A DNA stretch of 62,794 nucleotides, the filler included, from an uncultured Synergistales bacterium (GTDB taxonomy: Bacteria > Synergistota > Synergistia > Synergistales > Aminobacteriaceae), in NCBI GenBank assembly GCA_937897575.1. It is 7 parts of 7 records of this genome, joined end to end, with 100 filler letters (N's around TTAATTAATTAA, not from the genome) between each part and the next. Parts side by side here need not be neighbours in the genome. Positions count along the whole stretch, not along the records: positions 8,697 to 10,445 come from CALCQG010000004.1; positions 10,546 to 27,070 come from CALCQG010000005.1; 5 more parts are not named here. One strand, written 5' to 3'. The translations under genes and the position numbers were made by a program. Under the pieces are notes generated by a model. The model had not been told where the DNA came from. It was given only the letters and a program-made list of their open reading frames with translations, and did no database searches. Every line of letters starts with the position of its first letter. Within the stretch, counting starts at the first letter, position 1. This document shows positions 10,135-20,264 of this stretch, in pieces.

Positions 10135-10545
10135 ACAGCTCGGAGCGCTCGATCGCTTCTGAAAGACGGTCGAGAAGCGTATTTTTCGAAGTGATGGAGA
10201 AAAACGACCGACGGCAGATGTCTGAAGCCATCGCTCCGCATCTGGCATAGCCATCTCGCCGGAGAAAATGACAGGAAGCCTCTGCTAGAGGCATCCGGGC
10301 ATGTACTCTCTGCCTTTTACGCACGATGAAGTCGCCGCACCTCTGCGGCCTTTTTGATCCGAGGACAGGCCGTACGTGGGCGGTCGGAGCGCGTGATACG
10401 CCCTCTGCCTCCGAATCCTTCTCGCCGGGATATCCCTGAGAAGCCNNNNNNNNNNNNNNNNNNNNNNNNNNNNNNNNNNNNNNNNNNNNTTAATTAATTA
10501 ANNNNNNNNNNNNNNNNNNNNNNNNNNNNNNNNNNNNNNNNNNNN

Positions 10546-10682
10546 AGCCCCCGGACGAGGATCGCCCCGAGGCCGAAGTCTCCCGCGACGGCGAGCCCGC
10601 CGCCGAAGAGGGTGAAGAGGAGCCCCGAGGTGAAGGCGGCGAGGCCGGCGATGATGGTGAGCAGCAGTGCGACGATGTGCAT
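10546..10682 (-). CDS. Hypothetical membrane protein, N-terminal fragment
   Basis: AAAGGGGAG RBS then MHIVALLLTIIAGLAAFTSGLLFTLFGGG; hydrophobic; runs into gap. Confidence 0.65.
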
Positions 10683-10699
10683 GGTCGTCTCCCCTTTCT

Positions 10700-11692
10700 C
10701 TATCGTGCTTCTTCGAAGGGGCCGGTCACCGACGGAGCGGCGATGGCCGCCACGCGTGCGAGGTCCCGCTCCCCCATCCGTTCGTCGCATGGCAGGACGA
10801 CGAGCGCCTCGACATCCTCCGCCCCCGGGGCGCCGTCCCAGGAGAGGGGCGGCTCGTATCCGGCGGCGCGGAGGCGTCGTTCGAGCTCCGCCCTGCCGCC
10901 TTCGGCCCGGACGGGCAGGCCAAGGGGCACGGCCTCGTCAGGAGCGGCGGGGAGGCCGAGCAGTTGGGCGAGGGTCCGGGCGTTCGTCCGCCGCGCCTCG
11001 GGGATGTGCTCCCAGGGAGCCCTGTCCAGCAGGAAGCTCCCCATCTCCGACGGTGCGCGCATCTCTTCGTCGTCGTCGAGGAGGCGCTCGCTTCGCCGGA
11101 GGAGCTCCGGCGAGAGGCGGAGGCGCCCCAGGGTTGCCGCCGTGACGAAGGTCTCCAGGGGAGGCGCCAGGTCGGCGGCGATCGGGCGCCGCGAGAGGAG
11201 GAGCCCGCCGTCGGGGACGGGCAGGAACTTCCGGAAGCTGTAGAGGGCGAAGTCGCCGAAGTGGCCCGTGCCGGGGGTGAAGAGGGAATGGACGCAGTCC
11301 TCGACGACGATCGGCCGCGACCCCTCGGGCAGGCGGCTCAGAAAGGCCTCGGCCCTCCTGTTGGGAAGGCCGCAGAGGTGGATGTAGAGGAAGAGATCCC
11401 CCCGCCGGACATCCGGCGGCTCGCCGTCGAGCCGCCAGGGGTAGAAGCAAAGGGAGAGCCCCCGGCGGAGGATGGGCGGGGCCAGGGAGGCGCAGCAGAG
11501 GGAGGGGAGCCAGGCTCTGCCCGTCAACTCGGAGGCGTCGAGGGTTGCCAGGGCGGCCATGAGGGCCGATCGGCCCGTGGCCACAGAGAGGGAGTGCCGG
11601 TCCCCGAGGGGGAGGATCGAGAGGAGGGATCGGGCGAGGGGCGAAGCGGCGAGGAGGTCCTGCGTGATGGGGAGGGCCGCCGGGGCGATCAT
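10700..11692 (-). CDS. Divergent DegT/DnrJ/EryC1/StrS-like PLP-dependent protein
   Basis: ATG 11692 overlaps the ROK stop; TGRSAL, IVVEDCVHS, GDFALYSFRKFLPVPDGGLL, LVVLPCDER. Confidence 0.7.
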   Translation of the reverse strand: MIAPAALPITQDLLAASPLARSLLSILPLGDRHSLSVATGRSALMAALATLDASELTGRAWLPSLCCASLAPPILRRGLSLCFYPWRLDGEPPDVRRGDLFLYIHLCGLPNRRAEAFLSRLPEGSRPIVVEDCVHSLFTPGTGHFGDFALYSFRKFLPVPDGGLLLSRRPIAADLAPPLETFVTAATLGRLRLSPELLRRSERLLDDDEEMRAPSEMGSFLLDRAPWEHIPEARRTNARTLAQLLGLPAAPDEAVPLGLPVRAEGGRAELERRLRAAGYEPPLSWDGAPGAEDVEALVVLPCDERMGERDLARVAAIAAPSVTGPFEEAR

Positions 11693-12570
11693 GGAGCGGT
11701 CCTGGTCCCGGCGATCCGCGCGGCACCGAGCAGGGGGGCGTCGTCGCCCAGTAGGGCGGGCCGGAGGTCGAGGAGGTCTTGGAAGGGGGGCGCGAGCCGG
11801 GCCGCCACCCGCGGCCGGATCTCGTCGACGAAGCTGTCTCCCCGGCTCATGCCGCCGCCGAGGACCACGGCCCGGGGGTCCAGAAGCTGCACCGCCGAGG
11901 CGATAGCCCGGGCGAGGGGCTCGAGCGCCCTCTCCCAGAGGGCGGCGACGGAGCGGTCCGCCCGGCGGGCCCAGAGGGCCCGGACGTCCGGGGGCAGGCC
12001 CAGGGACAGGGCCGCCCGCTCGATGGCGTCGGCCCCGCAGAGGGCTTCCAGGTGCCCGATGACGCCGCAACCGCAGCGCCCCTCCTCCCCCGCGGCCATA
12101 TGGCCGGGCTCCCAGCCCATGCCGTGGAAGCCGGAGAGCAGGCGGCCGTCCACGACGGCACCGCCCCCTATGCCCGTGCCGAGGGTGAAGAGCAGGTAGT
12201 CCCGGAGCCCTTCGGCGGCCCCGCCCGCTCCCCCCTCGCCCAGGGCGTAGCAGTTGCCGTCGTTCTCGAGCGCGACGGGGGCGCCCAGCTCGTCCTCGAG
12301 GAGGCGGCGGAGGGGAAGGCCGTCCCACCCCGAGAAGTTCGGCATGAGCACGATCCGCTCCCTCGCCCCGTCCAGCATGGCGGGGACGCCGAGGCCGACG
12401 GGCGTCGGCGCTCCCTTCGAGAGGGCGGCGACGATGCGGGCTATCTGGGGGAGGACCTTGTCGGGGGTGCGCCCCGCCGTCCGCTCTCCGATGCGTTCGA
12501 GAAGGACGCCGTCGTCGACGAGGGCAGCAGAGACGGTGTGCCCGCCGAGGTCAACGCCCGTGACCCTCAT
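11689..12570 (-). CDS. ROK family sugar kinase (glucokinase-like)
   Basis: GVDLGG, LENDGNC, TLGTGIGGG, EPGH..CGCG..GHLEA zinc motif; no HTH. Confidence 0.92.
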   Translation of the reverse strand: MRVTGVDLGGHTVSAALVDDGVLLERIGERTAGRTPDKVLPQIARIVAALSKGAPTPVGLGVPAMLDGARERIVLMPNFSGWDGLPLRRLLEDELGAPVALENDGNCYALGEGGAGGAAEGLRDYLLFTLGTGIGGGAVVDGRLLSGFHGMGWEPGHMAAGEEGRCGCGVIGHLEALCGADAIERAALSLGLPPDVRALWARRADRSVAALWERALEPLARAIASAVQLLDPRAVVLGGGMSRGDSFVDEIRPRVAARLAPPFQDLLDLRPALLGDDAPLLGAARIAGTRTAP

Positions 12571-13348
12571 TCTGGTGGGAGCCCAGGGGGAAGGCGCGCC
12601 GCTCCGTGGTGCGCCGATGGACCGTCGGGCCCAGGAGGACGTAGAAGAAGCAGACGACCACGAGGAGGGCGGCGATGACGGCGGCGTAGGTCTCGCTGAG
12701 GAACCAGAGCAGGACCACGACGAGGCCTGCCGGGGCGAAGAACTTCACCTTGTTCGACGGCTTGGGGTACCGGAGGTTCGAGAGCTGAAGGACGAGCATG
12801 ACGCCCACCATTCCGAGGAAGAAGACGCCGGGAAGACCGGTGATGAGGACGGGCCGGTTGGGGTAGAATATCTGGTCCGCGAAGGCCCCCATGGCGATCC
12901 AGGTGGCGTTGACGGTGATGGGGAGCCCGATGAAGCCCCCCTGCCCCCGGAGAGGGTCCACGATCCGGAATTTGGACATGCGCAGTGCGCCTGAGAAGAT
13001 GACGAGGGCCGGCAGGGCCGTCCCCCAGAAGGATGAGCCGCCGTAGTACATGAGGGTGTAGAGCAGCACCGCGGGGGCGATGCCGAAGGCGGTGATGTCC
13101 ACGAAGGTGTCGAGCTCCGCCCCGAAGGCCGTGGAGCCGTGGAGCCACCGGGCGAGGTTGCCGTCGAGCCCGTCGAGGATCAGGGCGAGGATGACGTGCT
13201 GGGCGGCGCGGGGGACGAGGGAGAGGTCGCCGCGCCGCACGGACTCTATGGCGGCCAGGATGCTGGCGAAGCCGAAGAAGAGCGCGGCGAGGGTCACCAT
13301 GGTGGGCGCGATGCGGCGCCAGCTGGGGAAGGCGCGCGGGCCGGCCAT
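12551..13348 (-). CDS. pssA: CDP-diacylglycerol--serine O-phosphatidyltransferase
   Basis: DGLDGNLAR...FGAELDTFVD..AFGIAP CDP-alcohol motif; translationally coupled to psd. Confidence 0.9.
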   Translation of the reverse strand: MAGPRAFPSWRRIAPTMVTLAALFFGFASILAAIESVRRGDLSLVPRAAQHVILALILDGLDGNLARWLHGSTAFGAELDTFVDITAFGIAPAVLLYTLMYYGGSSFWGTALPALVIFSGALRMSKFRIVDPLRGQGGFIGLPITVNATWIAMGAFADQIFYPNRPVLITGLPGVFFLGMVGVMLVLQLSNLRYPKPSNKVKFFAPAGLVVVLLWFLSETYAAVIAALLVVVCFFYVLLGPTVHRRTTERRAFPLGSHQNEGHGR

Positions 13349-14031
13349 CACAGGGTCTCCGTCCTTCCAAGCAGGCGCGCGATGACCGTCTCGCCCGCCG
13401 TGACCTGCTGTCCGATCGTCGCGGTCATCTCGATATCCCCCTTCGGAAAGTACATGTCCAGGCGCGAGCCGAACTTCATCATCCCGAAGCGCTCCCCGCG
13501 CTTCACGGGGACCGTCCGGTCCGAGGGGGGCCAGTAGACCACCCGGCGGCAGACGGGGCCCACGATCTGGCGGATGAGGCACCTGGTCCCCTCGCCCTCG
13601 ACGAGGATGGCGTTGTGCTGGTTCACGTCCGAGGACTTCTCGTCGAAGGTGAAGAGGCGCTTGCCCGGGAAATAGCCGAGAAAGGTGGACTGCCCCGCGA
13701 TGGGGAAGCGGTTCACGTGGACGTCGAAGAGGCTCAGGAAGATGCTGATGCGGACGGTCTCCGTCTTCAGGTAGTCCTTCTCGTAGACCTCGGCGATCTT
13801 GGCCAGCTTGCCGCTGGCCGCTGCGACGACGATATCCGGGGCGTCGGGCGTGGCCATCTCGGGGTCGCGGAAGAAGAAGAGCATGTAGGCCGCCAGGACG
13901 CCGGCGACGATGAGCCCGGCGGACAGGGCCGCGCCGTTCGGCTGCCCGGCGGTGCGCATCAGAAAATAGACCACGGCGCCAAGAAGGGCCGAGGCCAGAA
14001 GAAAGGGCCTCACTTCGGGACGAAATTTCAT
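13348..14031 (-). CDS. psd: Phosphatidylserine decarboxylase proenzyme
   Basis: FFRDP, ISIFLS.FDVHVNR.P, MKFGSR self-cleavage motif. Confidence 0.95.
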   Translation of the reverse strand: MKFRPEVRPFLLASALLGAVVYFLMRTAGQPNGAALSAGLIVAGVLAAYMLFFFRDPEMATPDAPDIVVAAASGKLAKIAEVYEKDYLKTETVRISIFLSLFDVHVNRFPIAGQSTFLGYFPGKRLFTFDEKSSDVNQHNAILVEGEGTRCLIRQIVGPVCRRVVYWPPSDRTVPVKRGERFGMMKFGSRLDMYFPKGDIEMTATIGQQVTAGETVIARLLGRTETL

Positions 14032-14071
14032 GGGCAGATTCCCCCGCTGTTCAGGATGCCCTCATCATACT

Positions 14072-15658
14072 CTAAATTCGGGAGGAGGTCACCTGGATGC
14101 CGAACCGTTCGCCGAAGGTCTTGACGAAGTACTTCTGGTGCTCCTCAAGGGCCCAGACCTCGAGCTGGTGCTCCGACTCCGTCTCGACCCGGAGCAGGAG
14201 GACCCCCTTCTCCCGGACGAACCGGACGTGGCGCACGGCCTGCTTGTGGCTCCGGTCCAGGCTCTCGGCCATCCGGAGGAGCATGCTCAGGGGCAGGACG
14301 GTCCGTTGGGCCTTGCCGTCGAGGCCGGCGAACTCGGGGTCGCTCTTCCTCGGGGCGCGCTTGCGGTGGTAGAAGGCCAGAGCGGACAGGACGGCGATCT
14401 CCCGGCTGTGGAACCCCAGGAGCTCGGCGTTCTTGATGAGGTAGGCGCTATGGGCGTGGTGGTTGCTGAAGGACAGGAAGATGCCCACGTCGTGGAGCAG
14501 AGCGGCGTAGTGAAGGAGCTCGCGGTCCTCGTCGCCCAGGGCGTGGAGCTCCAGGCTCCTGGCGCTGTCGAAGAGCTCGCCGCAGAGGTGTCCCAGGTGG
14601 CGGGAGTGCTCCTCGTAGAACCCGCAGGACCGCCCCAGCTGGAGGACGCTCCGCTCCCGGACGGAGCAGGTGGTGTCCAGATACCCCCAGGTGCCCCTGG
14701 TGAGATAGTCCATCAGAAGGCCGTTGCGGAGTCCCCTGGGGCTGATCTGAATCTTCTCCAGGCCCAGGTCCTCCATGAGGGTGTGGATGATGGCCGTCCC
14801 GGCGATGATGATGTCCGCCCGCTCGGGGGTCATGCCGGGGACCCTCTTCCGATCCTTCAGCGGGAGGGAGCACAGGAGCTTCGCGAGCTCCTCCATCTGC
14901 TTGAAGGTCACCGTCCGGACGCCGTCGTCCTCGTCGTGCTTCTGTTTTCGCTGGTTCATCCGGGCGGCCATCTCGCCCAGGGCCTCCATGGTGCCCGAGC
15001 TGCCCACCGTGAGGTCGAGGGCGAACTCCCGAAGCCGCTGCACGCTCCGGAGGGAGGCGTTCCGGACATACTGCTGGAGCAGGGCGTACCGGTCCGGCGT
15101 CACGGGCCCCGTCTCGTCGGGCAGGAAGAAGAGGGACGAGAGGCGCACGGAGCCGAGCTTCAGGGAGTCCAGGTGGAAGTGCTCCGCCTGGTTCCCCACG
15201 ATGAGCTCGGTACTGCCGCCTCCGATGTCGATGAAGAGGGCCGTGCTGTCCCGGAGGTGCATGCCGCTCGAGACGCCCAGGTAGATGAGCCGCGCCTCCT
15301 CGAGGCCCGAGATGACCTTGAGGTCGATCCCCGCCTCCCGGCGCACCCGCTCGAGAAAGGCGTCCCTGTTCTCGGCGTCCCGCGTCGCCGACGTGGCCAC
15401 GGCGTAGATCTCCTCGGCGCCGAGGTTCCGCGCCATGGCGGCGAACCGGGAGAGGACGAGGATCGTCCGCTCCATGGCCTCCTTCTTGAGGCGGTGTTTG
15501 AGGAACTCCCCCTCGCCGAGGCGGACCATGATCCGGTGCTGGTTCAGGATGGTGTAGGACTTGTTGTCGTTGATGCGCACCACCAGCAGGCGCGCCGAGT
15601 TGGTCCCCAGATCGATGAGCCCGGCCACGTGGCCGGCGCCGTTCAGACGCGTTTCCAT
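14072..15658 (-). CDS. ppx: Ppx/GppA exopolyphosphatase with C-terminal HD domain
   Basis: IDLGTNSARL, ATSATRDAEN, EEARLIY, DIGGGSTE, RADII, GLRNG, LHDVG. Confidence 0.95.
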   Translation of the reverse strand: METRLNGAGHVAGLIDLGTNSARLLVVRINDNKSYTILNQHRIMVRLGEGEFLKHRLKKEAMERTILVLSRFAAMARNLGAEEIYAVATSATRDAENRDAFLERVRREAGIDLKVISGLEEARLIYLGVSSGMHLRDSTALFIDIGGGSTELIVGNQAEHFHLDSLKLGSVRLSSLFFLPDETGPVTPDRYALLQQYVRNASLRSVQRLREFALDLTVGSSGTMEALGEMAARMNQRKQKHDEDDGVRTVTFKQMEELAKLLCSLPLKDRKRVPGMTPERADIIIAGTAIIHTLMEDLGLEKIQISPRGLRNGLLMDYLTRGTWGYLDTTCSVRERSVLQLGRSCGFYEEHSRHLGHLCGELFDSARSLELHALGDEDRELLHYAALLHDVGIFLSFSNHHAHSAYLIKNAELLGFHSREIAVLSALAFYHRKRAPRKSDPEFAGLDGKAQRTVLPLSMLLRMAESLDRSHKQAVRHVRFVREKGVLLLRVETESEHQLEVWALEEHQKYFVKTFGERFGIQVTSSRI

Positions 15659-16938
15659 CGCATGTCGAGCTTCTTTCCGAAGACCTTCTCGAAGAGGGCG
15701 CCCTTCTCCGTTGCCTTGGCGAGCTCCGGCGACGGGTCCTCGGGCGCGGCGCAGAGCAGAGTCACCCTGTCCTCCTCCACGGAGCACTCCAGCCCCTGGA
15801 CGATCCGCCGGTGGGAGCAGTCCAGCCCGTCGGCCACGCGTAAAATGGCCGACAGGGCGCGGACGCTGTCCCTGTCCCGGACGGAGAGGTGTTCGAAGTA
15901 GGCGTCGCTGTCCTTGGGCTCGCACTTCCGGTGGTAGCGGGCCGTGCAGGCGATGATGGTCCGCTCCCGCTCGTCGGGCAGGACGTTCTTCATGCCCAGG
16001 ATGAACTCCAGGGCCTCCTTGTGGTGCCCCTTGCGCCCGCCGCTCCACCCCACGTCGTGGAGCGTGGCGGCGATCTGGAGGTGGAACCGTCCGTCGCCGT
16101 CCATGCCGTGGAGTCCGTCGAGCTGGTCGAAGAGGGCGAGGGCCAGGGAGGCCACGTGGCGGCTGTGGTTCACATGCTGCGGCACGGTCCTCTCCAGAGT
16201 CTCCTCGGCGGCCTCGTCCGCGGGGACGGCCGTTCGTTTCTCCTCGGCCAGGAAGGCCTCGGGCACGATGCAGGGCACGCCCCGGTACATGGCCGTGTCG
16301 GCGTTCTTCGTCCGGTCGTAGTCCACTGAGTAGTGGTTGACCCGGAAGTACCCCGGCTGGATGTGAAGGATGGCGTAGGACGCCCTGGGGTCGTCGCCGA
16401 GCGGGCGGCCCACGGTGCCCGGGTTGATGAACCAGGTGCCCCGCACCTTCTTCGCGAAGGGGGCGTGGGTGTGCCCCGAGCACAGGATGTCGGCGCCCGA
16501 GGCGTCGGCGAGCTCCGTCAGGCGCTCGGGCGGCGTCTCGCCGGAGATGTTCTCCTCGATGTCGTCGGGGCTGCCGTGGGTCAGGAGGACGGTCTTGCCG
16601 GCGAGGAAGAAGCGCCGGACCTTCGGAAGGCGCTCGAGGTACCGCACGCTCTCCCGGGAGAGGCGGTCGAGGTTCCAGCGGTGCAGGTCCGCCTTCCCGC
16701 CCTTCTTCTTTCCGGGCTTCCTGTCCGCCGAGCGGAGCACGTTCCGGTCGAAGTTGCCGAGCACGCCCGCCGCCTCGACGGAGCGCAACAGCTCCACCGT
16801 CTCGTCGGGAAAGGGCCCCTGGCCCACGTAGTCCCCCGTGTTGAGCACGATCTCGCCGCCCCGCTTCCTCCCGTCCTTCAGCACCGCCTCGAGGGCCGGC
16901 AGGTTTCCGTGGACGTCCCCCAGCAGGATGATCTTCAT
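15643..16938 (-). CDS. YfcE-type metallophosphoesterase fused to a Ppx-type HD domain
   Basis: N-half GDVHGN, TGD, GNFD, THGSP, GHTH, NPGTVG; C-half HSRHVA, LHDVG, HHK, RYHRK, ILRVADGLD. Confidence 0.88.
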   Translation of the reverse strand: MKIILLGDVHGNLPALEAVLKDGRKRGGEIVLNTGDYVGQGPFPDETVELLRSVEAAGVLGNFDRNVLRSADRKPGKKKGGKADLHRWNLDRLSRESVRYLERLPKVRRFFLAGKTVLLTHGSPDDIEENISGETPPERLTELADASGADILCSGHTHAPFAKKVRGTWFINPGTVGRPLGDDPRASYAILHIQPGYFRVNHYSVDYDRTKNADTAMYRGVPCIVPEAFLAEEKRTAVPADEAAEETLERTVPQHVNHSRHVASLALALFDQLDGLHGMDGDGRFHLQIAATLHDVGWSGGRKGHHKEALEFILGMKNVLPDERERTIIACTARYHRKCEPKDSDAYFEHLSVRDRDSVRALSAILRVADGLDCSHRRIVQGLECSVEEDRVTLLCAAPEDPSPELAKATEKGALFEKVFGKKLDMRWKRV

Positions 16939-17909
16939 CCCTTCCCCACCCCTCTCTCTCCGGAGGGCGAGAGGGTCTCCCCCTCCGTCTTCAGATCGTT
17001 CCAGAAGCCCTCTTTCGCCAGGGCGTCCCATTCGTCCAGGAAGAGAGCGTATTCGCGGCTCCGCAGGGCCTTTTTCTTCTCCAGCAGCCCGGCGATCCCC
17101 GGCCGCAGGGCGCCGAAGGAACGCCCGTGGCCGTAGAAGCGCAGCGAGCGGAGGCGCTCCTCCTCGAGAAACCCGGGGAGGAGGTCGATCCACACATCCC
17201 GGTCGTGGATCGAGCCCAGGAGGTCCTGCATCTTCTTCGCCCGCCGTATGAAGGGGTCGAGGGCGCCGTCGTAGAGGGGGCCCAGTATCTCCAGGGCGTA
17301 CCGCAGCCGCTTCATGGCCTTGCGAAGCTCGTGGAGCTCCGTCACGGCCTCGGGGTTCCGCACGAACCGGTCGTAGCTCACGGCCTCGGCGATTCGCCGG
17401 CGGATCTCCTCGGGGCAGACGGCGAAGGAGACGCGCTCCCCCTCGCCCAGGACCTCCCGCTCGGCGGCCGTTCGAAGCCCCTCGGCCATGTCCGCCAGGG
17501 GCGCCTTGACGGCGTCGGAGTCAAGGAGGGCCCTGATCCGCCCCTGGAGCTTGTCCCGCCGCTGCCGGAGGCGAAGCCGGAGGCGGGCGATGCCCCGCTC
17601 CTCCTTGGGGCCCGCGGACCGGAGCTCCTCATCGAGGTACTCCATCTGGACGTCCAGGTCCCGCGCCTCGCCGAGAGTTCGCGTCAGCCGCGAAATCCCC
17701 CTGTTCCACCGTTTCGCGTCCCCGTCGGGAAAACAGTCGGCGAAGAGGGGCAGCGCCGAGCGGAGGCGCCTGGTGGCCACCCTGGTCCTGTGGAGATACT
17801 CCAGGTCCTCGGCGGCCCGGAGCCCCGTGAACTGGGACTGGAGGGCGTCCAGGAGGGACACGATGGTGTCCACGGCGAAGGAACAGAAGGTTCTCCCTGG
17901 GGTCGTCAC
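16935..17909 (-). CDS. CHAD domain (polyphosphate-binding) protein
   Basis: LHRTRVATRRLRS, LGEARDLDV, LHELRKAMKRLRYALE, LGSIHDRDV. Confidence 0.93.
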   Translation of the reverse strand: MTTPGRTFCSFAVDTIVSLLDALQSQFTGLRAAEDLEYLHRTRVATRRLRSALPLFADCFPDGDAKRWNRGISRLTRTLGEARDLDVQMEYLDEELRSAGPKEERGIARLRLRLRQRRDKLQGRIRALLDSDAVKAPLADMAEGLRTAAEREVLGEGERVSFAVCPEEIRRRIAEAVSYDRFVRNPEAVTELHELRKAMKRLRYALEILGPLYDGALDPFIRRAKKMQDLLGSIHDRDVWIDLLPGFLEEERLRSLRFYGHGRSFGALRPGIAGLLEKKKALRSREYALFLDEWDALAKEGFWNDLKTEGETLSPSGERGVGKG

Positions 17910-20013
17910 GGCAGATCACTCCCCTCGGGCGGATTCCAGCCGTCGTTGCGCAGGAGCATGATCCTCTGGGAGTCCACCTCGGGCTCTCCGGGGCCCGGGC
18001 TGTTCCGGACGTAGGAGCCGTCCTCGAGCAAGGTCCAGGACTTCCGGTTGTCCGCCAGATGAACGTCGAGGATGTCCGTGCGGATGCTGTCCCGAAGCGC
18101 CTTGTTCCGTATGGGGGCCAGGATTTCGACCCGCCGGTCGAGGTTGCGGGGCATGAGGTCGGCGCTGCCGATGTACATCTCGTCCTCCCCTCCGTTCCGG
18201 AAGTAGAAGATCCGGGCGTGCTCCAGAAAGCGGCCCACGATGGACGTGACGGTGATGTTGTCGCTGACGCCCGGCACGCCGGGCCGGAGGCAGCAGATGC
18301 CCCGGACCTGAAGGCGGATCGTCACGCCGGCCATGGAGGCCCGGTACAGCGCCCGGATGCACTCGTCGTCCACAAGCTGGTTCATCTTGAAGGCGATATA
18401 CCCGTCCCCCGCCTCCCTGTGCCGCTTGATCTCCCGGTCGATGCGGGCGATGATGCCGGGGCGCGTGGTGGTCGGCGAGACGAGAAGCTGACGGTAGTCC
18501 TCCTTCTTGGAGTAGCCCGTCATGGCGTTGAAGAGGTCCGTCACGTCGGCGCAGATGGCCTTGTCGGAGGTGAAGAGCCCGAGGTCGGCGTAGGTCTTGG
18601 CCGTGGAGGGGTTGTAGTTCCCCGTGCCGATGTGGACGTACCGCGAGATGCCCTCCGCCTCGCGGCGCACCACGAGGCAGAGCTTCGCGTGGATCTTGAA
18701 ACCCACGAGGCCGTAGACGACGTGGACGCCCACGTCCTCGAGGGCCTCGGCCCAGGTGATGTTCCGCTCCTCGTCGAAGCGGGCCTTCAGCTCCACCACG
18801 GCCGTCACCTGCTTGCCGTTCTTGCGGGCGGTCATGAGCGCATCCACGATGGGCGACTCGCTGCCCACGCGGTAGAGGGTCTGCTTGATGGCCACCACCT
18901 TGGGGTCCGAGGCGGCGCGGCGAATGAAGTCCAGAACCGGGACGAAGCTGTCGTAGGGGTGGTAGAGGATCACGTCCCGCCTCCGGAGCGTGGAGAACTG
19001 GGGCGCCCCCGAGGTGCAGGGCGACGGGATTCGGGGGATGAAGGGCTCGTCCTTCAGGTCCGGGCGGTCGACGCTCGTCAGGTCCATCATGTCGGCGAAG
19101 GCCAGGGGCCCCTTCCGCCGGTAGATCTGGAAGGGGGCGATGCGGAAGTTCCGCACCAGGAAGGAGAAGATCGCCTTGGGGATGTGGTCCTCCACCTCGA
19201 GGCGGACCACCTCGCCGAAGGGCCGGCGGTCCACCAGGTCCTTCACGGCCTCGAGGAGGTCCGAGGACTCGTCCTCGGTGATCTCCACGTCGGTGTTCCT
19301 GGTGATCCGGAAGAGGGCCGTGGACACCACCTGAAGGCCCGGGAAGAGGCGGTCGAGGTGATGGGCGACGAGGCTCTCCACGGGCAGGATGTCCACGTGG
19401 CGCACGTTGGACGAGAAGCCCAGGCTCTCGTAGGTCTTGGCCTCCTTGTTCCTGGGGATGAAGATGAACCGCGGGACGTTCTTCGGGATCTTCACCCGGG
19501 CGAACCGCGTCCCCTTCTGAGGGTCCGCGAGCTCGACGAGGACGTTCAGGCTGAGGTTCGAGATCATGGGGAAGGGGCGGCCGGGGTCGATGGCCTGGGG
19601 CGTCAGGATCGGGTAGATCTCGTTCTTGAAGTACCCCTCGAGGTACTTTCTGCTCTTCTCGCTGAGCTCGTCGTAGTCGGCGATGCGGACCTCGGCGCTT
19701 CTCAGGCCCGGGCGGAGGGTCTTGAGCCAGTGCGCCTCGGCCTCGGCGATCTGGGGCAGGAGAGTCCGTCGGGCGACGAGCCGGCCACCCGGTTCCGGTA
19801 CTGCTTCAGGATGCCCGAGACGCGGACCATGAAGAACTCGTCCAGGTTGTTGAAGAAGATGGCGAGGAACTTGAGCTGCTCCAGCAGGGGAACGGCCGGG
19901 TCCAGGGCCTCCTTCAGGACCTTGACGTTGAAGTCGATCCAGTTGATCTCCCTGTTGAGATAGAGGTCCCTGTCGTTCAGATCCCTGTCCGGCGCCGTTG
20001 GGGCGGAGACCAT
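17906..20013 (-). pseudogene. ppk1: Polyphosphate kinase 1, frameshifted near 19760 (or assembly error)
   Basis: N-terminus (ATG 20013: [29 protein letters not shown]) is in a different frame from the body (HPY, IKQTLYR, ELKARFDE, KIHAK, GTGNYN, GRFLEH, SADLMPRNLDRRVE). Confidence 0.92.
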
Positions 20014-20107
20014 GGGCAACACCTCGCATTTTCGGTGCGAATCGCACGGGAAGAAATTGTCCATAATTTTAACACTCCGGACGGGGTCTGTGGCGGAAAA
20101 AAGCGGC

Positions 20108-20135
20108 CGGTACGAAAGTGTTACAGTACCGTAAG
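20108..20135 (-). promoter_or_regulatory. Candidate Pho-box-like 11-bp-period direct repeats upstream of ppk1
   Basis: Minus strand CTTACG-N5-GTAACA-N5-GTACCG; extended -10 TGTTAAAAT at 20074-20066. Confidence 0.5.
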
Positions 20136-20264
20136 GTTCCTTGCGGCCCTCTCCCCCGACATTCGAGGGGGCGCGCACGGAGGCCGGAGGGGGTTGACGG
20201 TGCGGGTGTCCTCCCGCCTTGCGGTGGGCGCGGGAGAGCGTCGCCGAGGGGTGGCAAGGGCGGT

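Noticed and set aside
19745..19780. Programmed ribosomal frameshift in ppk1
   Set aside because: No slippery heptamer, and conserved residues appear to be missing, which fits a deletion
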